Of a DNA stretch of 36,465 nucleotides, positions 1-9,600 are shown one piece after another (position 1 is the first letter of the stretch; each line of letters begins with the position of its first letter). The stretch is from Diploschistes diacapsis (Eukaryota). The DNA is taken from contig JALAIB010000067.1 of NCBI GenBank assembly GCA_023645945.1, positions 1-36,465 of the forward strand. Direction: 5' to 3'. The position numbers were made by a program, and so were the translations under genes. Under the pieces are notes generated by a model. That model did not search any database, was not told where the DNA came from, and saw only the letters and a list, made by a program, of their open reading frames with translations.

Positions 1-262
1 TCTGATTCGAATGGTCATATTTGTTTTAAAGGAGCGTGGGTGTAAAAAAACTTATAATAAACATCACTTGAAAGACCCGCAAAAAGGGCGTAAAGGCTAA
101 TGGTAAAATATATATTTATTTCGGTCACAATAACTGCTCTGATAATATGCCGGTGAGTCAACTGGTAACCCGCTTCCGGATTCCAAATTACTTTCCATCT
201 ACAACGTTTCACTTCACCTTTACTGATTCCTTACCCACCTAATCTTCTTAATCTACATCACA

Positions 263-1474
263 ATGACTGAAGTGGTAAGATGCTCACAAACGTCTAGTTT
301 TATATGCTCATTCTACAGGAAATTCCAGAGCGTCCCAAACGCAAGTCGGTCGCATTTTCAGAAGATACCAAGGTTGTTGACTCCAACGGGGATGTCACGA
401 CCGAGATGAATGGGACTGCAGATAGATCTACGGCAGAGAGCCATTCAAGTATGCCAACTCTAGGTACCAGGTTTTTGTTACTCATCTAACGGAATCCAGC
501 ACCGCAAGATAATGCGGATAAGGATGTGGACGACGTCTTGGATTCATTCAAGGCCCCGGCCAAGAAAAGGAAATCGAAGAAGCCAAAGGACACCGAGGGC
601 GAAGCTACGGAGGAAGCAGTTACTGCAGAAGGAAATTTTGATCCCTCGGCCGCCAAGAAGAAGAAAAAGAAGAAGGCTTCAACTACCAACGAGGTCGATG
701 ACTTTGAGGCCAAGCTAGCAGAAGCCGGGGTGGGCGATGAGGCACATACAGCAACAACGGCTGAGGAGCAAGAAGGTGATATGGAGAAGGGTACTGGCAT
801 TTGGTCCCACGGAGCCTCTCAACCCATTAGCTATCCCCTCCTCCTTACGCGTTTCTTCACTATCCTGCAAAACAACCACCCTGCCCTGTTATCAAGCACG
901 AAGAGCTACAAGATTCCACCGCCAATGTGTCTTCGTGAAGGGAATAAGAAGACCATTTTCGCAAACATCGCGGATATTTGCAAGAGAATGAAGCGCAGTG
1001 ATGAGCACGTGACGCAGTTTCTATTCGGTAAGGCCCTCACAGATATTGAAGCTCATGTTTCGACTAATCACTCTTTGAGCTGAGCTGGGAACGAATGGCA
1101 GTGTAGATGGGAGCAGAAGGCTGGTCATCAAAGGGCGCTTTCTTCAAAAACAAATCGAGAATGTCTTGCGGCGCTACATTGGTCAGTCATACTTTCATGT
1201 TTCTCCGTTTGCGCTAGCTTACCACAACCAGTCGAGTACGTTACGTGTAAGACGTGCAGAAGCCCCGACACCGAGCTCTCGAAGGGAGAGAATCGCCTTA
1301 GCTTTGTGAGTTGCAACAGCTGCCAAAGGTACGTAACCTCGCCTTCCTCGACCTCTCAACGTCCTAGGTAGTAACTCCGGGTTATTGCTAACCTTCCAAA
1401 GTCGAAGGAGTGTCAGCGCAATCAAGAGCGGCTACAAAGCTCAAATTGGCAAACGAAAGCGCCAACAAGCCTGA
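263..1474 (+). CDS. SUI3: Translation initiation factor eIF2 beta subunit; exons 263-274, 319-448, 500-1027, 1080-1181, 1232-1328, 1402-1474
   Basis: Lys-rich boxes ([16 protein letters not shown]); after splicing, conserved [63 protein letters not shown]4 zinc finger EYVTCKTC...CNSC; all introns keep frame. Confidence 0.96.
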
Positions 1475-1908
1475 TCATGGCCAGGACTCAGTCAAGAGCG
1501 GAAAACATGTGATGCACTGTCTGCAATGGTACGATGCATGTTGCAAGCAAAAGAGACAACGAAGCCTAGGTGGTCACCCATTAAGCCTTCAGCAGGATTT
1601 TGTGGTGGGCTATATGATATGATTAAGCCCATGGACATCACAAGTGGCATGCCAATTGCAATTGTTGGTTGCACACTGTAACTCGCGATCAATTGCTTTC
1701 ATCTTGTTATAACACCGTGCTGGATTGCTGCTGACTGACTACTGCATTGCACCCTTCGCTGTAGAAAGACAAACACTCTCGTCCTTGATGATCGACCGCA
1801 CACCTTGGAAGTGCATATAGTCTTACCACCCGCAACGCTTCTCGACTGCTATGTCGAATATGACGAATGTAATACGGACGCATTTTCTAGCACACGTTGT
1901 CTAAAATC

Positions 1909-2030
1909 GCCCTTCAAAAAGCCAAAAGCCAGGTCTTGGCATGTCCTTTAACCGCACCTGCCCGAGGCCGTTCGTTAACCTTGCAAGCGAAAAGTAAAGG
2001 CGAAGTACGCCTCAACCAGGATTTGAAGGC
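1909..2030. other. Candidate structured element (possible ncRNA or very small inverted-repeat element)
   Basis: Terminal inverted repeat CCTTCAAA (1911-1918) / TTTGAAGG (2022-2029) enclosing three internal hairpins; no match to a family I recognise. Confidence 0.3.
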
Positions 2031-2114
2031 TGCAATAAAAGTGCTATTGCTTCGGAATTGACAGGTTCTGCTGCTTGATGAGAAGCAGAAGTCTAAAATA
2101 TTGAAGACAGCGAT

Positions 2115-2496
2115 ATGCCTAAAGCTGCAAGAGGTAAACTTCCCTCCACCCCCCCCAGCCATCCGTGGTCGTTTGTTCCTACTACCTTTGTCAGGCGTGT
2201 TGATTCAGTGCGACCCTTCCATCAAAGCGATTATTCTCAAGATCGATTCGCAAGAGAACAGCGCGTATGTTATCGAAGATCTGGACGATCAGACTCTGGT
2301 CATCAAGGAAGATAAACTGGCTGGCCTGAAATACCGGCTTGACGAGGGAAGTTCAATCATGCCAAACTATCATGGTCGTGCTAATAACATTCCAGGAGGT
2401 GAACTACGGCTCTGGCCATTTATTTGGGGAGAAACTAATATTTATCCATAGTTGGCGGATACACAGCAAATGTTCGAGAGCGAGGATGAAAAGTGA
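2115..2496 (+). CDS. TFB5: TFIIH subunit Tfb5/p8; exons 2115-2133, 2195-2346, 2396-2398 (3-nt microexon, inferred), 2452-2496
   Basis: Spliced product MPKAARGVLIQCDPSIKAIILKIDSQENSAYVIEDLDDQTLVIKEDKLAGLKYRLDEELADTQQMFESEDEK has the Tfb5 signature GVLI.CDPS.K.II...IEDLDD; the 3' exon structure is less certain. Confidence 0.93.
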
Positions 2497-2828
2497 GCAT
2501 CTGAAAGACCCGGTTGGCTCTGTTCTGGGACATGCAAGCCCCCGGTTCTTCCACCAACAGAAAAGGCTGCAGTTGCTTGCGAGAGTCTCTGACTACTGCA
2601 TCAACAAGTTATAAGCGAGGCCGGAAGCCACCATCAAAATAACATGAACTCGAAAACATTTTATGTTGATCTTTAAGCAAAGTACCTACCTTCGATCATA
2701 GCGCATGCTCCAAGTATCCAAACATCGAAACCTAGGATCTCTCTTGTGGATACTGGTTTATCGTACTGGTTTATCCACAGGGGCGGAGCATGCTGACATC
2801 TTGTATCTCAGGAGGTTCGAGCAGGTTA

Positions 2829-3778
2829 TCATAATTTCTCAAAAGTAGGCTTCCTCTTCGCCATTGTGGCCATCATTGCTGCACTAGTATCCATCGTCTG
2901 CAATGCAGCCGAATTCCAAGTTGCAGTGTAGTTGAGACCTGATAGGTATTAATGAAATTCATCACGCAACTGGCATGACCTACCATCTTCCACTGAGTGA
3001 TCCCTGGAGTAGTCTAGCAGATGCTTTGTCCCTTGAACTGCGACTGGGCTTTTCTCTGCAACCGAGCTTGCCCACTTCAGCGCAGCATTCAAGGCCTCCT
3101 CCTTGTTATTGTAGACGCCGCTCACGAATCCCACCTGTTTCGCTTCCTCGGCTCCAAATATCCTTGCAGACAAGCAGACATCTTTCACCCAGCTGTGGTT
3201 GCCCACTACTTTTGGCAACCTCGTCAGGGTCCCAACGTCCGCAGCCAGACCGATATCTACCTCTTTCACGGCGAACTCGGTGCCCCTAGCACAGACCCGA
3301 ACGTCGGCAGCGGTCGAGAGATCGATGGCCAAGCCAAGCGCGTGACCGTGCAAGGCACAGATCACGGGCTTCTCGCACCGTTCCACGGAGGTGATGCATT
3401 CTTGGAAATCCAGAATGTGCCGTCTGATGGCAGCTGCTCTTCGTGCGGTGTCTTGCGATGTGCTGCCGAACAGAACGGACGACTGCTGCGCTGCCTGCAC
3501 ATCGAGGCCCGTCGTGAAAGCCCTGTCGCCGGATCCGCTGAGCACGATGCTTCGAACGTCGGGGTCCACGGAGAGCGCGTCGAAAACCTTGCGCAGTTCG
3601 AGCCACATGCTTTTGAAAAGCTTTTTAGCGAAGCTAACCCCTTGATCTGGCTCGGGAATGCATACGGCTCAATAAAAGAGTTCAACCTGCTTGGGCGATT
3701 GATTTCGACATGTGCGACGAGGTCCGCTGGCTTGGTGACGCTGAAATACTCCCATAAAGGAGCTTTTGAGCTTGCCAT
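2829..3778 (-). CDS. Crotonase-family delta3,5-delta2,4-dienoyl-CoA isomerase (ECH1-like); introns 3610-3665, 2939-2983
   Basis: AFTTGLDV, KPVICALHG..LGLAIDL, VKEVDIGLAADVGTLTRLPK, KSPVAVQGTK motifs; spliced C-terminus ...KRKPTFEKL* (PTS1-like). Confidence 0.92.
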
Positions 3779-4197
3779 CCTTGTTGATTGTGTGAGATGT
3801 TTGCGGTGAAGTGATGAAGCCGCTGGGTAAGTTTGGTCTTACATGCTGCAATAGACACCCAGGAAATATAAGTGATAACTACCGTTTGTTGGAGAAGTTA
3901 AGGGTATTTTTTATGGAAATAAGTTTTACTATCCATCTCAAAAGCCTCGGTCCGAGGATTGGTTGAGGTTACATGGCAACACGCAGAAGCAAAAAGCTAC
4001 AGCCATCTCGATTGTCCTTGCCAATTGTTCATGTCCATGTTGAGAGTTTCATAAAGCCGGATTGTCATGGGAAAAGGCTTAAGTTGCTTCGAATACCAAA
4101 TTGACATGATTCAGGTTGATGCATATGCATTTCTGCAGTCACTGCCTACATCCTACCGCTTGCGAATGCATATTCGACAAAAGGGATTTCATTTGGT

Positions 4198-5613
4198 CTA
4201 GCTTGGTTGCGATCCTATTGCTAGGCCGTATCTTGAACTTATATCCACCCCCCTCTCCGTAATTGACATCTGAAAGTTGACCATCGCAAGCCGATCGAGC
4301 TCACCAGCGTCTATTGCTTGGAAGGAGCAAGCGCTGAGCCATTTCCGTGCGTCAACCCAGGCCTTCACAAGGTCTCTCTTCAGGGCACCCTCCGCTTTGG
4401 CTCTGGCCCGCTGAATCTGTAGTGCCTGCTCCAGAGTGGTGCCCTTTGGAATTCTTTCCCATTTTCTTTCTTTCTCAACGATAATCTCTATGTTTACATA
4501 ACGAGCCCAGGGTGAAGGGAGCGGTGACCGGAGCGTGGGATGCGGTACCGGCGAGGGTTCACCACTTGCCGTTTGAGCAGGTGCTATAGAGCTAAAAGTG
4601 AGTGTCGAAACGAGGAGCGGGCATAGGAAATCGGTCGCGATTCGAGATAACAATAATGCGAGGGATGCATGATGAGAGCGAACAGAAAATAGTACGGAAC
4701 GCTTATGTGTCGGGCTCTCCTGCGGCAGCGTAGAAGCTTCTCCAACCTTCGCTGCGTCTGCCGGTTTAAAATGGCGACTGTGGTAAGCCCCGGCCTTTTC
4801 CTCTTCTTCGTGCTGCCGGTCTTCCCAATAAAAGGATGTCAAATCACTAACGATAATTGCACCAACCCCAATATCGTCACCTGTTTGATCTTGCAAGTCA
4901 ATAATGTAGGACTCGAGCTTTCGGACCGTGGTTAGAAGCTGGCTGGAGGTTTGGGGCCGAAAGACGTGCAAACATTCCAAGGCACTACTCACAGCAGACT
5001 GCAAATTCTTGTAAGGCGGCACAGTCTCGGGGAGTGACTTTGAAGCCTCGTGAAGCATGACATCTCGCAGGCGGAGAATATCCAGGCGATATGAGCAATC
5101 AATCCATACGACGTGACCCCCAGGTCTGTCCAGCCGTGATTCCGTATACAATGGTGCATGGGTACTCGTGGCTCCGCTTTCGACGTCCTGGAGCGTAGTA
5201 TCACACGATTGGTGTAACAGAAGCTTTGCAGCGACACAATAGAGAAGTTGCGTTCGTCCCTCCGCGGGTCCGGCAGCCCTGATCTCTATTATTGGGGGAA
5301 CATACTTGAAGGAGAGCTCTTGGTAATCGTCCCTTCTCGGTAAACTTTCTCCTGATAAACGGTGAACAGCCTGATCGACTGCCGGTTCAGCTTGGGCTTC
5401 TGCGAAGCGAGCTGCTCTTGCTGCAGCTAGAATGTCATCAAGTACTTTTATGCCGGGCCTGGGCGGAAAGACCGATGATGTGGTGCGTAGGGTAGCTAGA
5501 AGCTGAAAATCTAGAGTCAGCAATAGAAATAATTAAAACGGGTGTAGACAAACTTCATCTAAACCTTCTTCGCGTACTTCTTGGAGTAGTCTTGCACCAA
5601 ATGTGTCCGCCAT
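4198..5613 (-). CDS. XRCC2-like Rad51 paralog (RecA fold, degenerate Walker motifs); intron 5503-5553
   Basis: N-terminus MADTFGARLLQEVREEGLDE|LL; IIEIRAAGPAEGRTQLLY (Walker A-like), VVWIDCSYRLDILRL, LHVFRPQTSSQLL, IIVSDLTSFYW (Walker B-like), as in XRCC2-type proteins. Confidence 0.75.
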
Positions 5614-5827
5614 GCCCTTTGCCGTTGTCACAGCAATTCATCATCATCAGCATTCATCTCTGAATCCTCCGGACTCACGTCAGTTCCAAGGGCTCAAAGA
5701 GTGTATTGTCCCGTGAGTTCGAACCCAGTAGCCCAACTCATTAACTTACTCGGTTCAGAGTTTTCCAGCCTGCATTAAGCGGGTGATTGGCATTCTCCAA
5801 AATTCTCGACCTCAACTCCAGAACTCG

Positions 5828-6213
5828 ATGGGTGTCCCTATAGAAGCCTTTCCCGCCAAGCACCTCCTCCCCCCTCACAGCAGGATCCACACTACGGCCG
5901 CGGGTCGAAGACGAAAAGAAGAAGTCGACCTCAGCAGATGCCAGCTGCAGGAACTGCTGCAGTATGGGTGCCAAGTGCAGCAGGACAAGCGTGGGAAGCT
6001 GGCCGAGCGGATTCGATGCGAGAGTGTGCAGAGGCTCTTCCGCCGGTAAGTTCATCGAGGTTTTCTCGTACAAGCCGCAATTCACAGGGGGGGGCGCTGA
6101 TGGCTGGTTTTAACGGCAGCTGTCAAGACGGACTGGTGGTTGAAACGACCGCCCTGGAGCCTTTATTGGAGACACCATTCGAGACACGTCACGAGCGGCC
6201 GAGAGAACCTTAA
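5828..6213 (+). CDS. SOM1: Mitochondrial inner membrane peptidase subunit Som1-like; intron 6046-6119
   Basis: Spliced product MGVPIEAFPA...GRRRKEEVDLSRCQLQELLQYGC...IRCESVQRLFRRCQDGLVVETTALE matches the Som1 pattern (C.L..L.QY.C...C....RLFRRC....VETT); GTAAGT donor, CAG acceptor. Confidence 0.8.
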
Positions 6214-6616
6214 GAATAGGAATTCAATCGCGAGTGCAGTGTCAAGCCAGCTTGGGGTTTTATGTTTGGTATTGAAGTTCTACTGTTTGATTTGGGCGCT
6301 ACATGCGTTTCAGAAATAATGCATCAAAAACTAAATATCATACACATGGCGTGGCGAATCCACGAAAGTGGGCTTCAAAACTCTTGATTCTTCTCCTGCA
6401 GGTGCAAGACCGGTCATTCCAATCCGAAACCATAGCGCTAGTCCGCTTGCCTCCTTTATCCAACGCGGCGTTCAGGCGATTAATTTCCTACTTACACTGC
6501 CATAATGGGAGAATTATCCAACGCGAGCGGTTTCAAAATAACCTTTTAGCCTTTTTTGCCGTCGTCTTATATCTCTAATAGCTGTGTCGTTGAGCATTGA
6601 ATCGTAACTACATGTC

Positions 6617-9600
6617 TTATGAGATTGGCGCGGATCTTTTGCGTCTGCTGAATATCCGGGCAAAGCCGCCCTCCTTTTCCGCGGGGATGGGAGGCAACGG
6701 TGCTTGGGCAGGTGGCGGCGATGTGTTTCGTAAGAAGTCAGCCAGCTCTCTCACGCTGTTTGTATTGTCCCTGCTATCTCTTGCTAACTTTCTAGCCGCT
6801 CGAACATTGTTGGTGCGACCTGCTGCGACACCTTTGGCGTTAGCACCAAGACTAGCGCCGCGGGGCCTGATCTGGGGATTATTGCTGTACACACTGGTGA
6901 TGCCGTTGCTTGGTTGAGGGCGAAGGTGAGGATCGTTCCCTGAATGAGCCGTGGTGTGGTACCCAGGGCTGGTGATTCCGCTTCGTGGAGCAGTGTTCGA
7001 AGAGGAAACGGCTCTCTTAATCGCGGCGGATTTCTGCCCACTCTTGGTAAAGCGAGATCGCACACTCGGACCGCTTGGTTTCCTTTGGAGCATTTTCGGT
7101 GGACCTCCTACATCTAGTGGCGGCGGCGTCGTATTTGCTCCCGGAGGTGGCTCACTCCTCAAGAAGTCAAGCAGGCTCTCCTCGTTGTCTTCCTTTCTAC
7201 CGCCCCTCGGCGTCGTGACCTCGTCCTCATTCTCTTCGTCACTGAAATCAATTGGATAGGGATCTAGATTCCGTCGTCGCGTCTTCACCGGAGCCATTGG
7301 CTCATCCGTCGGAGGCATCCGGGACTTCTCCCATGCAGATACTTTGCCAACATTTCTTGAAGAGTCAAGAAGCCCGACGCGAGAGTTGACAGACGATTGG
7401 ATCGACTTCCCGGTGATGAAGCTGTCTTGGGTGCTGACAATGGAATGAGTATCTTGCGGTCTTACCGTCGCGTCATCCGCGTCCGGAACGCGATGTGCGC
7501 CAGAAGGTCCGTCGCGGAAGAACTCTGCGAGCGAAGAGGTTTCGTTACCCTGCCTCGTAGGTTCACGGGGCTCGAATTTTCGCTTGGACTTCGAGCCGTT
7601 GCTGACGGTCGATAACCGAGGAGATGTTGAGAGAGGCACGGCGACTGGCGGAGGCTTTTTTACGGTTTTTGGGTTCTGTTGAGAGGGTTGCTGCACGACG
7701 CGCGCTGCTCTGGGATCAACAGGATCGGGCCCCGTTGAGCGGAAGAAATCCTTCAGGTCCGACGTGTTCGTTCTTTCCATACGAGCATCTTTCGCGACAA
7801 GTTGCAGTCCACGCTTCACAGTTGGGCCCGCGTGGATGACAAATTTTGCCGTGTCTTCAGCAGCTGAAGCGGTCACAGGATTCGACGTGAGGCCATTCAT
7901 TGCGGCTGGCAAGGTGCCGGCGGGTTTGGTCAGTCTCGGAGAGCGGTCTGCAACTGATGTGCCTCTAGAACCAACTGGCGCAGCAACAGACGCTGGGGAT
8001 TTTTGCTGTACCGGGCTCCCTCTTTCCTGCGCCTGGTTAGATAAGAATGGAGAAAATTTGGAGGGCATAGCATACCTCAATTTCCCTCATGTTCTGCGGA
8101 GTTAGAGTGTATTGGAGCGTCTCTCCACTGCTGAAAAGCTGCTCAAAATTCTTGTAGTGATCAGAATTCCTGGTGCTTGAACGACTGTGCCGGTCATCGA
8201 CAGCGCTCCTGTTCAAATCATTCGAAGTCGTTGAAGGAACAGAATCGCGAAACTCATCCTTAGCTGCGGATTCCACGCGGCCCCTGTTCTTGATGGGTAA
8301 CGCTGACTTCTCCGATAGCGCATCGGCGGATCCGGTTTCTGAGGTGCGAGCAGAGGTGGCGCTAAGCTCTCTCGGGGCGGCTGCAGTCCCTGATATGCGC
8401 GGCACCGGAGCTCTGTCAAGCCCTGCTGAGGCTGCAGAAGGCTGGCGCCGTTGCTCCAAGTCTGATGTCGGTGCATGTGGCCTGGCCGCGGAGCTGGGTG
8501 CGATAGGTGGAAGTTCCTTGCGTGAAAGTTGTGTTGGGGATGTCAGTAGTGTCGTGGACTTCTCCGGTACGTCCGATGCTTGTCCATTCTCAATCAACGG
8601 TAATTGACTTGCAGCAGCTGCAGCAGCAGCAGCAGCAGTCTCTGCGGGAACGTTGCGATGTTTCCTGTTTGGGCCACCATCTGGAGGGACTGGTCTGCGT
8701 GAAAGAGAAGAGCTATCCGGAAAGTGATTCCCAGCGGTGAAGTCGTCCGGTATGACAAAAGCTTCTCTATTCTCTTCCTTCGCATAGTCATTCTCGGTTG
8801 GGCCTGCCTTTGCGCGATGGCGCCCTTGCATCGGACGACCCGAGTAGCCAGGGATGGCGGTTTTCTGAGATCTCTGCCTCAAGCCTTCCGTAGGAAAGGA
8901 CGTCTGTGCCTTGAATTCCTGCGTGATTAGCTCCCCCGATGTTATCTCTTTGTGGGTCGTTTCTGCTTCAGGCACAACCTCTTCTGGAGCTACACCGTCT
9001 TGCTGGAGATGGTCATGGGCAAAGTCTTCCGGAGGCACAGACCCAATGCACATCTCACCCCCGTCGTCGCTCAGTTCGATAGGAGATACCTCACCCGATC
9101 GAATCGAAGCTTGCCCCACCGGAGAGACGCGTCCCGACCCTGGCGGAGCATGGCCAATAAGTGGGCTGACGGGTGGCTGTGAGGAAGCCTCAGGATTGTG
9201 GGAGGGATGAAGTCCTTTGGCTGGCTCATGGACAAGTGCTTGCTCCTTGAGCAGAGCGGAGTAGCGTTCACTATCTTTGATCTGATAATCCGCTCGATCG
9301 AACTGGAGAGCTCCTTCGGCCGGATCGTTTTCGGATTGGTAATCAATATACGAACCCCGGGGATGGGGTTCGTATTCATGTGCGATGTGGGAGGTTGCGT
9401 TAAAGTCGGAACCGAGAAAGGGACTTGTGGGAACCGAGCTGGGCTTTGGAATAGCATAGTCGCCGAGTACTGCAACACTATTTCCTGCCATGTCTATCAA
9501 AGATTTGTTATGGTCCCTTAGCTCTTGCGTTACTGGGAGCTCTTCCTCGGGCGTGACGAATGGGGGTTCCGGTTCGGGATACTCGGGGACAGCGAAGAAA

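Noticed and set aside
1990..2010. U5 snRNA-like TTCGCCTTTAC on the minus strand
   Set aside because: U5 loop I is GCCUUUUAC (four U) presented in a loop; here there are three U, the flanks do not pair, and the motif lies inside another hairpin
2341..2451. Stwintron (intron nested in a donor) as an explanation of the TFB5 junction
   Set aside because: Removing any internal GT-AG unit here does not rebuild a GT donor at 2347
3021..3809. 262-aa plus-strand ORF
   Set aside because: Antisense shadow of the dienoyl-CoA isomerase gene; no recognisable motifs
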